A stretch of DNA of 63,005 nt, the filler included, from Reticulomyxa filosa (Eukaryota; Protista; Foraminifera): the NCBI GenBank assembly GCA_000512085.1. It is 19 parts of 19 records of this genome, joined end to end, with 100 filler letters (N's around TTAATTAATTAA, not from the genome) between each part and the next. Parts side by side here need not be neighbours in the genome. Positions count along the whole stretch, not along the records: positions 1 to 1,680 come from ASPP01009788.1; positions 1,781 to 2,930 come from ASPP01000634.1; positions 3,031 to 4,144 come from ASPP01046376.1; positions 4,245 to 7,039 come from ASPP01012372.1; positions 7,140 to 9,708 come from ASPP01013904.1; positions 9,809 to 11,040 come from ASPP01001463.1; positions 11,141 to 18,906 come from ASPP01002216.1; 12 more parts are not named here. One strand, 5' to 3'. The position numbers and the translations under genes were made by a program. The notes under the pieces are model-generated. The model was not told the DNA's origin. It saw only the letters and a program-made list of their open reading frames with translations, and ran no database searches. Numbering within the stretch: position 1 is the stretch's first letter; the number at the start of each line of letters is the position of its first letter. Of the stretch, positions 1-11,182 are shown one piece after another.

Positions 1-38
<38 letters not shown>

Positions 39-74
39 TTGAAATGGAGCCCAATTAATTTAAAAACAAATCAG

Positions 75-1627
75 ACAAGCATTTCGATTGGCCAGAGTAA
101 TCGACGTGGTAATGGATCATATTGACATGTTTTCTCGACATGTAAACAGCTTGCTGGTTGATGCATCGTCCAAACCCAAGGACATAGCGATGCTGTTGTC
201 TCCAGTGCGAGCGAGTCAGCGGGCACAAATGGAGTCAAGCATTTGGTCCACTTCGTTGCCCGCCGAAATAAAGCTTTGGAAAACGAAAGACGTGACCGAA
301 TGGCTTAACAAAATCGGCAATGGCCGATTCATTGGGAGATTTGATGACGCCGTTGAGAAGCTGCAAATCAACGGACAGCTCTTGCTGACTGCGAGTGATG
401 AATGGTTGGAAACACAAATGGAATTGAAAGATGAAATGGAGAAGAGTGTCATTTTCAATTGTTTGCATCAATTGAAACTAGTTTTGTCTTTGCCTTGTTC
501 TCTTTTTTTTCTTATTTTTCAAAAAAAAAAAAAAACACCAAGATATTATAAAATTGTTCATTAAATATATATATCTTCAATAAAAAAAAAAAGGAATCAG
601 CTGCAATGTTATATTATCATCAAGATTTGTATGAATTAGCAATGGATACTTTGTTGTACCTTCTTCAAAATAATGATGAAAATTGCAAAGTTCATTTATT
701 ATGTAGATCTTTGATTTCTTTTTTGCTTCATGTGCAAAAACACGCCTAAATAAATAAAAAAAATAAAAACTCCGAAAACAGGTGTTCCGACAAAAACGAT
801 GCAATCGTGCGGTATATGCGTTGCTGAAATCTTCCAATCACGCGAAGCCGGCGATTAAAGTAATTCGCAATCAAATGGGCGAGGAGGCAGTGAATGATCT
901 CTTGGCATCGCTGAACGCAGAAAAAGAGTCGTACGAGTATCGTATCAACATGTTGGAGGCATTGCGTCAGATGATGAATGAATCGAGTGAGGCCGCAGCG
1001 CATATCAAAAACACGTGGCACGAATTAGGTGGATTCGCGACAGTATTAAGCTTGTTAGCGTCGTTGGACTCATTATGGCCTGCTTGTGACGACGTAACGT
1101 CGCAATTGGCGATCGAACTGATCGACAAAGCGTTTGCAGTGATCGGATCAGTGCTCCAAAGTCATCCGAGAAACAGAGCCTATTTTTGGTTTTCGTCGTG
1201 GAACAACATCGCCGACGTTATCATTGTCACCGGAGTATTGAAGTCCAATCATTGTCAAAGATTGTTCCAAACTTTGTTTCATTTGGCTGTGGAAAAGGTG
1301 GATCAAGTCAAAGGCGAAGTCGATATTGATGCCGTTCAAGGCTCTGAAGAACGAAAATACAATCAAGAGGATATTAGCATTAATCTTCAGCAGGAGAAGC
1401 AGCAACAGCTACAATCACAGAGTAAACATTCTTTCGATCACTCCTCTGAAGTGTTGTTTTTGAAAAATCCCGAAGCGATTTTGATCATTCTGAAAGCACT
1501 TCGCTTGTGCTCTGAGCAGCTGCAATTGCAGATCTTTCAAAAACTGCTTACTTTGATCAATTTGCACATTGCGGGGTCCAACGGAGAAAAAGTCTTGTTA
1601 TTGCGAAATAAGCAGCTGTTGACAGAA
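75..1627 (+). CDS. Internal fragment of a WDFY3/ALFY/LvsA-type BEACH-family protein (ARM-like region) with an inserted SAM domain
   Basis: Exons ~75-480, 594-689 and 782-1627 splice in frame with GT-AG. Motifs AFRLARVIDVV, LAMDTLLYLLQNNDENCKVFR, LGGFATVLSLL, HPRNRAYF, LKNPEAILIIL and RNKQLL occur in the same order as in the ALFY/LvsA N-terminal helical region. SAM signature WKTKDVTEWL...INGQLLL at 268-480. Truncated at both contig ends. Confidence 0.7.
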
Positions 1628-1643
1628 GTCTCTCATTATATAC

Positions 1644-1674
<31 letters not shown>

Positions 1675-1680
1675 TTTTTT

Positions 1681-1780
1681 NNNNNNNNNNNNNNNNNNNN
1701 NNNNNNNNNNNNNNNNNNNNNNNNTTAATTAATTAANNNNNNNNNNNNNNNNNNNNNNNNNNNNNNNNNNNNNNNNNNNN
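1681..1780. other. Artificial contig linker N44-TTAATTAATTAA-N44 (first of 18)
   Basis: Identical 100-nt blocks at 1681, 2931, 4145, 7040, 9709, 11041, 18907, 20755, 23157, 33316, 35314, 37806, 38958, 40458, 41571, 45625, 58622 and 60871. TTAATTAATTAA gives stops in all six frames, and the flanks are unrelated sequences. Confidence 0.98.
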
Positions 1781-4244
1781 TTGAAGCTGGTGAAGCAACA
1801 ATTGGTATCAGGACAATATGCCATGGTGGAGTGATAGTTTAAGTCGATTACGAAAGAGAGTTCAGAGATCAAAGAACCGATTTGTAAACAAACAAACACC
1901 AAGGAATCTGATGCTATATAAGAAAGCTGCCAAGCAATTGCGAAGGATATCGCAATTAGAAAAACATCAAACAGTATCAATTTGCTGCATGAAGGCAACA
2001 CAAAGAATTTATTCACACAATTTGAGATATTGAACATAAATAAGATTTGTATAATTCCAGCATTGATGAACAAGGAAACCAATTCAGTGGCAAGATCAAA
2101 TGCGGATAAGGTATTTCTATTGACAAAGACATTTGCAGAACCACCGCAGCATCAAAAGATGTTGATGAAAAACATTATGAAATGGTTGAAAATGAAATCA
2201 AATGTAAAGTGGCGATATCTAAACCATTGGAATTGAATGAAAGCTGTATTTGGTCCTTTGACATCCATCAAAGCGATATCGCAAGAGAGGCATTGATAAC
2301 ATCAATAATCAAATGCTTAAGAATGGTGGCAATGCAATGATTGATTCGTTGGTATTTCTATTTGGATGGAGTTTCCGAATGGGATATATGCCTATTGCAT
2401 GGAAAAAGGCAAATATTCCCAAGCCTGACAGATCATATTGCAAAAATCATAGACCAATTGCATTGTTGTGTTGGTAAACTAATGGAAAGAATTATCACAA
2501 AGATGTTAATGTGGTGGTTAAATGAAAAGCAATTGTTGCAGCAATTGTTCGGAAACGTAATCTTTTTTGAATATCGAACAGAAAGTGATACTTGCTTTTC
2601 GTTATTGTCCAATTCTTGAAAACGTGTGCTTTCTATTTCTTCATAAATGCATTCTCTTTTGCTCCAACGAATTTCAGAATTGATGTCTGCGACACCAATT
2701 CTTTTCCATTCACATTTGTAAACACCAACCTTGCAGAAATAATCTTTTCTTGTTTTCTTGCTTTCCTTCCATATATTTTCATCGTTCAGTTCTCCTCTTC
2801 CTTATTTTCGGATAAATTTGGAACAATCATCAAACCCCTTTGTAAAATTTGGATCTTTTGTTTCTTGTTTGACTTCATCATTTCGTTTTGATTTCGACAG
2901 ATGGTCTTCTTTTGTTTGCGTTGTCAATCANNNNNNNNNNNNNNNNNNNNNNNNNNNNNNNNNNNNNNNNNNNNTTAATTAATTAANNNNNNNNNNNNNN
3001 NNNNNNNNNNNNNNNNNNNNNNNNNNNNNNTAAACAAAACATTTTCATTTGTGAATTGTTGTTATTCTTGCAATATCATTAAAAGTCAATATTTAAGAAC
3101 ATTTAGACATCGAATAATTTAGATAATAAACTAAATTATTCAAACATCATTCAATCAGTTATCTGTGTTGAATATTGATTATGAATGTTAATAACAAATA
3201 AATATATTTGAATATATTGAATACGAAACAAAAAAAGCATAACACAATTGACAATATTTTTGTCAAAATTATGATTAAACTGGCATCTTTACTCAATTCA
3301 GTTTTATTTAGCTTGATTTAAATTGACTTGGTTTAATTCAATTAATTTTATTGTTATGAGAAAATTCAAAATGCAATGGTTAAATAAATATCTTTTCAGA
3401 CTGAGTATTGGAATTTCAACGAATCTTAATGTCTGTTACATAAATGACGTAGTTATAATTTATTTGAAAGTAATAGTAAGGATAACTTTCTTCAACACTA
3501 AAGCGCTTCAAGATTTCATTGGGGATTGGAATATAAAAGAATTTCTTTGATACCAACAATATACCGACTTTGCAGGCTGATTGCAGACATTATTGAGATT
3601 AGACTTTTTCAACACTACCAAATTAATTTTTTATAAAACTATGACAAACAAATTGTCAATCTTTGGACTTTCTTATTCCTATATTTTTGTCGATTTATCT
3701 CTTTCATTTTCTTCATTAGTACAATTAAATTAAGACTTATCTAGAATTGTTTGTTTATTTTGCAGTTACGTCAAAAGAAAAAAGTAACTCCAGCCAAGAA
3801 TTTCCACTAAGGGAAGACAAAAGCATTAAATTAGATTCATTAAATGTGACAAGTGAACTTATACTCTTTTAAACTTGTTGATAAATTAAAGACATTACAG
3901 ATGAAAAAATGGGACCAACCCCCCTTTGAGTTCCTTCATCTGAGATAATTTTAATTTGTTTGAAGAAAGAGAAAACAATCAATACATAAAAAACTAACAT
4001 TTTGCAGAAAAATGTAAAGTCAAAATAGTATATCCGAAAAGACGTTTAAAAAGAGAGTTCCATTTTTTTCCTATGATGTTTTCACTAGTTTTGGAAAATG
4101 AGCAGACCAATTTCTAACTCTGTTGACACTGTCTTGAAAAAATCNNNNNNNNNNNNNNNNNNNNNNNNNNNNNNNNNNNNNNNNNNNNTTAATTAATTAA
4201 NNNNNNNNNNNNNNNNNNNNNNNNNNNNNNNNNNNNNNNNNNNN

Positions 4245-4283
<39 letters not shown>

Positions 4284-4292
4284 TTGCAAAAC

Positions 4293-4919
4293 TAATTGAC
4301 TTCCGGAAGATTGTATTTTCAAAATTTCTGGAATTTGTGAAAGAGAAGGCTCAGTGATGAGTGCTGGCGGAGGAGACTTGCCAAAACGTTTGAGCTGCTT
4401 GTGACTGTAGTCGCTTGTGTTTAAAGACACAGGATTTCCGGTATGCGTGTCAATGACCAAATCAATTTTGCCTCGTTCTTGAGAATCGCCGACGGATAAC
4501 TCATCGCCCATCAAATCAAACCCCACCACTGTCAATGTTTCTGTGTTCGTGTATCCTTTGAACACAGGCGACTTTTCATCGTAGTTGGCCTTGCCTGATT
4601 TATGAAGACCAGTCCCAACGTTTATATTTCGCAGGACAGGACTCGGCTGGACTAAATCTTCCTTTTCGCTTGCATCGATTGTCAACATTGTCTTTGGTGA
4701 TGTTATGCTGTCGTCGTTGAATTCTATTGTTTTGTTCCCCTCACTTGCCACTTTCAATTGATTTTCTCCCTTTTCATTCGCCTCTTTCCTTGCCGCATCC
4801 GCGTTCAAATCTGCTTTTGCCTTTTCATTGTCACTTGCCGCTGTTGGCCCTCCTTTGTTTTGCTCGAGCGTTTCTGTTAGCGTGACACCATCGTTTTCAA
4901 CACTTTCACAACAACCCAT
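4293..4919 (-). CDS. First exon of a protein with an N-terminal MGCC dual-acylation motif; function unknown, 3'-partial
   Basis: ATG at 4919 begins MGCCESVEND, followed by a disordered charged region. GT donor at 4292, then poly-T and the contig end. Confidence 0.6.
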
Positions 4920-5638
4920 TTCGCCTTCGTTTCTGAACCTTGTTTGTTTTTTTTGTTTTTTCATGTCCAAGTGTTCTCATAGTATATTACATGACCTACT
5001 ATTGCTTTTTCTCTTTCTTATTTGTCAAGAGGAGGGGAGCAGAGGACTTGACCACACCTCTTATCTTGATTTTACTTTTTATTGTTTCTGGCCGAGATAT
5101 CAACCAATCCACTTCCTCAAGAAACAATAATAATAATAAAATTTATTTCTGGCTAAGTAACAATGTCGAGCCGACGAATTTTTTTAACTGTGGCTCAACC
5201 GCAAAACTAAAACACTTCCGGCCTTACTGTAGCACTATCCAAAACAATGTATTCACAAAGCCTGACTGTTTGAATGGTCAACATTTTATAATTCGACGCT
5301 GTTGCATTGCTTTACTGACTTAACAAAAGAAAAGTAAAGAATAGAGCGGACTTTTATTTGGCTATGAAAGCCTCTTTTTAGTTGAACATTACACAAAGAG
5401 AAAATAATGTAATCATTTACAGTGAATATTTTCGGATTGTTTGCTGAATGTTCTCAAAAAAATATTTCAATGCTTCAAAAGACACCGAAAAAAAGTTTTG
5501 ATGAAAAAAGAAGTTGTGACACCAAAACCAACATAAACTACAACAAAAGTGACCACTTGCAAAATTCAAGAAACAATTGACGGAGATGCAAATAATATAT
5601 CTTCAAGCTGAAAAAAGGTTTCTTTCACATCCAAGAGA

Positions 5639-7039
5639 TTAATTCTTACTAATGAAAGTAACTATTAGTTGTCTAAATAACGATTTGAATCCATAGGAAA
5701 TAACAGCAACACAATTTTTCCATCCATAGATGAAAAGTGAGGACAGGAATAAAAAGAGCATCATCCTTCGCGGAAAGGGGATGAAAGAGCCTTCTACGGG
5801 AGAAGAAATTGGAGGATTACCGTTCTGTATCTTTAAAATGACAACACAAAACAATAGTTAAAAAAAAAGGGGATAATGTAGAATTGTTTTTTGTTTAATA
5901 ATTAAAATTTTCGAATTATAAAACAACAAACTGTTCGCAGTTTTTCAATGTCACGCAATAGGCGTTTACAATGCAATTCTTTGATTTTTAAATGTTGTGT
6001 CATCATATCAATGTCAAGGTCTTTCAATAGCATTTCTCCATTGACATTTCCTTGGATAAATTGTGGAGCATATTCCTCCAAATTTACACTTTTCAACCAA
6101 TATGCGACTTCTTCCATAGTCCAATGTGCAGCATTGGACTCTTGTGCAAACTGGTCGTTCTCTTGCGCTTTGCGAGACAAGGATTTCCACCAAGCTTTTG
6201 ATCCCACAGGGGGCGATCGCCCATTGTCGGATACATTGATATTATTACGTATATTTACATTGACACTCTTTCGACTGCGATTCAAAAGACTCAAATCGGA
6301 ATGCCAATCCAGTGACTGTTGATTATTGTGACTGTGATTGTGATTGTGGCTATGACTATGGTTATGATTATGATGAGGACGAGACCGAGGATTCGGATGA
6401 GAATGAAAGCGAACAGGAAGAGGAGGAGCTGGAGAATATTGCCGTTCTTGTGCAATGGGCTCAAGCAATGGGATTTCTTTCATTTCATTGGACATCCAAC
6501 GTGGTCTTTGTGGCCTTGCTTTCCATTTTTTTTTTTTTTTATTTTCTTTTTTTTTTTTTTTTCTACTACTAAATAAACTACACGACATACAAAAATGATT
6601 AAAGGAATCTGTCTTTACGTTCGGCTCTGTTTTCGTCTCTGCGACGTCAATGGAACCGTTGGGAGGAGACCACTCATCAAGCCCAATGCCATGGATATGT
6701 TTAGTGGGCGGATGGTTCGTAATGGTTGCAACTCCTATTTCTGGCGTCATTGTTATTGGAACCCCCAACTCACCGATGGGGGAATCACTATCTGATCTCT
6801 CTTCGTCTGGTTCGGGATCTGATTCCAAGAATCCCTTCAATCAAAACACAAATAACTATATAGTTGTAGGGTATATAAAATATGAACATATGTATTGTTC
6901 CAGAGAGTTGGCACAAAACATCTTTCTTTGCTTGGTCAATTGTATCATAAGCCAAGCGAAGTTTTTGTTTCAGTTTGATTACTTTATTGTGGAAGTACTG
7001 TTCGATTTGTTGCTTTTGTTGTTTCACTTGTTCCAATTG
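5639..7039 (-). CDS. Multi-exon SAM-domain protein with coiled-coil and His/Asn-rich regions, 5'-partial
   Basis: SAM motif HWTMEEVAYWLKSVNLEEYAPQFIQGNVNGEMLL...HCKRLLRDIEKL (~5935-6125). Upstream coiled-coil exon at ~6900-7039. Probable last exon 5639-5830. Confidence 0.7.
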
Positions 7040-7139
7040 NNNNNNNNNNNNNNNNNNNNNNNNNNNNNNNNNNNNNNNNNNNNTTAATTAATTAANNNNN
7101 NNNNNNNNNNNNNNNNNNNNNNNNNNNNNNNNNNNNNNN

Positions 7140-8182
7140 ATACCACTTATTTTTGCTTCATATTTTTACAATAATTGTGGCCGACAATGGATACATTATT
7201 GGGATACTTGTTCTGGAAAAAATTCCAATGATGCTATTGTCAGCTATCACTGGACTTTTTATGATATTGATTTACTGTGGTACATGCACGAAGATGTGAC
7301 AGTATTGAATTGGGGTAATTTGTGCCAATATGGGAGCTTTCAATTTGGTTATGAATTAAATATTTTCACAACAGAATATAACATGAGTGATAATTTTTTT
7401 TGTTTGTGTTTTTTGTAATGTGTGTGTATTCCAGGTTCATGTGTTCGTGAAATTCTAGAAAAATGGGGAAACGTGATGGTGATCAAAATGGTAATTAATA
7501 TATTTCTACCGTGGGTTCGCTTGGCCAATATTCGTGCATTTTTATTTCAATGTGAACCATTGAAATTCTTGGCTGGGTCAAATGAATTGAACTTTGAAAC
7601 TGTAGGATTATTTGTCAATGTAGAATTGGTAATCTTGTTGGGATTATTTTGTCCTTTGATTGTGCCATTGTGTGCCATGGCAACTATATCCAATATCTTA
7701 AATTTCCAGTACTTGTTGAATAAAAAAACCAAACGTGTGACGTCATGGGAAGAAAATCTTGTTGAAAAAGCTAATATTTACAAACTATCTGATGAAATCC
7801 CTGCATTTCCAATATCGGTGTTAATTGTGCCATTTTTATTGCAACAACTCATTTGGGTGTTATCTGGCGCATTGAGTAATGCTCATGCTCATGTGATAAA
7901 GAGCGTATTTGGTTATACTTTTGCAATTATTGATATTTGTTTTATAGTGGCTGTGATTGTTGCAAGACGTTCTCATGGAACTCAAATATTGCGACAATAC
8001 AGTTAATTATTCCATTGGCATAAATAAAAGATATTTTTATATTTTTAAAATAAATAAACATAAAAGGAAAATCTGAAAACGAATCAACAACAAGCGTCAC
8101 TGAAGAAGGAAATGCGATATTACAGAGTGAAATAGAATATCATCAAATACAACCAATGGAAACACTACAAGAGGAACTTTAA
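7140..8182 (+). CDS. C-terminal part of a multi-pass membrane protein, 5'-partial
   Basis: Open frame from the contig start (IPLIFASYFYNNCGRQWIHYWDTC), an intron, then ORF 7422-8006 with several hydrophobic helices and a probable short last exon ending at 8182. Confidence 0.55.
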
Positions 8183-8338
8183 GTCATTTTTATCGAATGA
8201 AAGTAAAGATTTTTTTGTTTAATTTTGATAAAGAGTGAAACTGTTGTTTTTAAATAGCTTTTTATTTGATTTTTCTCTAACTTTTTTTGTTAGATTTGGC
8301 TACTCTGAAATAAAGAAGGCCAAAATGATCATTCGTTT

Positions 8339-8901
8339 TTATATATTTGTCGGTAGTGCTGCTCTCCGCATCGACTTGCTCTCTTTTTTTAGTTTCCCTC
8401 CAAAGTAGCCATAGACCACGCCAAATGTGGTCGTGGCATACATTGTCGGTATACGTGATTCTATATGGGATACGTATCTTTCGGATAAGAGATCAGAGCT
8501 GTAAAAAAAAAGATGTGTTGACAGGCTATTGTACACGTTGTTTCTCCCTTACAGACTACTTTTTCTAAAAAGGGAAAACTTTTTCTCTTCAATAGAAAAA
8601 TCATTACTTAAGGAAAATAATGAATGATTCCAAAAAAACAATGTTAATTTTAGTTTTCTGTAATGAATCCGTTTTTTGGAATTACAATTGTAGAAATACT
8701 GTACAAAAATTTAACAATTCTTTTTTTCAAGTTTTTTTGCCAAAATATCCAAAAAAATTACAAATTTGTATCTTTTTTAATAACATTTATGATTTGTGAG
8801 TTTGCGTCTTAACCAAAAAAAAGGTCTTTTTTTTTTTTTTTTTGGTTGTCTAACGTACCAGCTCACAATTAGGGTGATATCACCCGGTCCAACTGGTATG
8901 T
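8339..8901 (-). CDS. Possible small multi-exon gene (micro-exons), product unknown
   Basis: GC-richer islands bounded by AG/GT on the minus strand (~8858-8900; terminal exon ~8339-8498 after TTTTTTTTTACAG, reading SDLLSERY...LPTNI*). Confidence 0.25.
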
Positions 8902-9584
8902 CTTTTTTCTTTTTTCTTTTATAATTTTTCAAATTAAAAGAAAGTGGTTTTGTTTTTGCAACAGACCGTCCACTTTAAAAAAAATGGTTTTTTTGTTTGG
9001 ATGCTGTGCATCCTTCAACAAGAGAAAAAAAAAATAAAAAATTATGGGGTAAGGCCCTCCGTCTCCGCAAGGAGAAAACAAGGTTTGTTATGTATATATA
9101 TTTATTTATTTTGACATAATAACTTGATTTGTTTTTTCAATAACAGCCGAAGCCCGTCTAAAAAAAAGAAAAAATTTGGAGTTGAAGTCACCACGCGTTC
9201 AAAAAAAATAAAAAAGTTTATATTTATTTTTATTTTTAATTTTTTTATAAAATGTTTGTTTGTGTTTGTGAATAGACATGACTCAATCAAAAAAAAATTT
9301 TTTATTCCCCCTCCCCGTGACAAAGAAAAAAAAAATAGGAAGTTGGAATTGGAGCTTTTAGCTCAACATACAAGTTTTGTTTTTAAATTTTTTTTCTTTA
9401 AAAAATGAAAAAACTGTTTTACTTTGAGTGTGTGTTTATAGGTCAAGATCAAGTCAATATTTGGAAGTTTTTTTATTTTTATTTTTTATTGTTTATTTTG
9501 TATTTTTATTTGAGATTGGAGGGAAGGGAAAACTTGGGGGGAAAAAGAAAAGGGAGGGAAAAAAAATTGATGATAAAAAATAGT

Positions 9585-9680
9585 GGGGAAAAATGAAGGG
9601 GAAAAAGAAGGGGAAAAATGAATGGGGAAAAAGAAGGGGAAAAAAAGAAGGGGAAAAATGAATGGGGAAAAATGGGAGGG
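9585..9680 (+). repeat. Degenerate 12-14 bp purine-rich tandem repeat GGGGAAAAA(T)GAA
   Basis: About seven consecutive units, each with a G4 run, next to the contig end. Confidence 0.85.
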
Positions 9681-9808
9681 AAAATTTTATTGATAAAAGA
9701 AAAAATAGNNNNNNNNNNNNNNNNNNNNNNNNNNNNNNNNNNNNNNNNNNNNTTAATTAATTAANNNNNNNNNNNNNNNNNNNNNNNNNNNNNNNNNNNN
9801 NNNNNNNN

Positions 9809-10414
9809 TTAAATGTTTTCAATGGACATGAAAATTATGTTTGGTGTGTTAATATTTCACCATTACAAAGTAATAATAATAAAATGAATAATATTGGTGT
9901 GATTGGCGGAAATGGATATACGATTTGTTCTGGATCATATAAAACCATTCGAATATGGGATATTGAAACAAAACAATTCAATGTATTCAAAGGATATACA
10001 AATTGGATTAGGAGTGTAAAATATGGATCAAATGAATTATTAAATACAATATTATCTGGATCATATGATAACAGCGTTCGTTTGTGGGATATTCGATCTG
10101 GTCAACAAATTCAAGTGTTCAATGGACATACAAATACTGTATGGTCTGTTGAATATTCACCATTTGTAATAAAGAATGATACTGGTAGTTCAAATGTGAT
10201 ATGTTCTGGATCAGGGGATAATACAATTCGTTTTTGGGATATTCGATCAAATAAGAGTGAACTGTATATGATCAGAGGAGATGAGAAAAAAGATAGTGGA
10301 ATATTTTGTCTTAAATTTATTGAATTGAAAAAGAAAAAGGAGACAAGGAATGTCAAATATGATTTGAATTTGTGTTATTGTTCAAGTAATGGTCCCATTC
10401 GTATTTGGGGATAA
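9809..10414 (+). CDS. WD40-repeat protein of the Reticulomyxa-type expanded family, 5'-partial
   Basis: Open from the contig start: LNVFNGHENYVWCVNISPLQSNNNK...GGNGYTICSGS, SGSYDNSVRLWDIRSGQQIQVFNGHTNTVWSVEYSPF, CSGSGDNTIRFWDIRS, ending GPIRIWG*. Confidence 0.9.
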   Translation, partial: LNVFNGHENYVWCVNISPLQSNNNKMNNIGVIGGNGYTICSGSYKTIRIWDIETKQFNVFKGYTNWIRSVKYGSNELLNTILSGSYDNSVRLWDIRSGQQIQVFNGHTNTVWSVEYSPFVIKNDTGSSNVICSGSGDNTIRFWDIRSNKSELYMIRGDEKKDSGIFCLKFIELKKKKETRNVKYDLNLCYCSSNGPIRIWG

Positions 10415-11140
10415 TGTACTGTTTTGTCGAATAATAAATGAAAGTGTTTTTGTTTGAAAAGTTTGATTAAAAGAAAAGTAAAATGATATGAAATTTGTTT
10501 GATTTGATTGACAAGCTTTATAAGATAAATTTGTGTCCGTTTTGATGCAACGTCCCCTTTTTCTGCATTGAAACTGCAAGTCCAGAAACTTATCACATTT
10601 TGGGTTTGCAAGGACTTCAAAGCTTGTAATAAATCAGTTGGTAATCTCTGGTACATATAATACAGCGACTTTTTGTTTACTGCCATATATTAGTAAAAAC
10701 AAGAGTTGGAAAAAGCGTATAAATGATAGTGACATTGAAACGAAAGGAGGAAATATTAAATGACTCAAGACTATTTTTTTTTTTGTTATTGTTTTAACAT
10801 AAACACGAATACTTAATATTTTGTAAGCTTAGCTTTTGTTGTGTGCTAAATAAAGAGCAAATCGGTTGATTTGTGTTTTCCCAAACATGAAAAATTGCAT
10901 ATTATATAATAACAAAGCTAATATTTTATTATTCAACTATCTTTGAATTTAATATCTGGACTTTGATCTTAATTATTTTTATTTTTTGCACAAATAAGCC
11001 CCATTTAACACTTAAAGGATATAGATATTTAAAAAAAAAANNNNNNNNNNNNNNNNNNNNNNNNNNNNNNNNNNNNNNNNNNNNTTAATTAATTAANNNN
11101 NNNNNNNNNNNNNNNNNNNNNNNNNNNNNNNNNNNNNNNN

Positions 11141-11179
<39 letters not shown>

Positions 11180-11182
<3 letters not shown>

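Noticed and set aside
1781-4144. Protein genes on contigs 2 and 3
   Set aside because: The composition is coding-like but all frames are broken and no family is recognisable. These are probably decayed pseudogenes, left uncalled.
8350-8565. RNase P/MRP or telomerase RNA (end-to-end stem followed by a T run)
   Set aside because: No compatible CR-I/CR-V pair or template was found, an internal T run would stop Pol III, and the minus strand has an acceptor and an open terminal exon.
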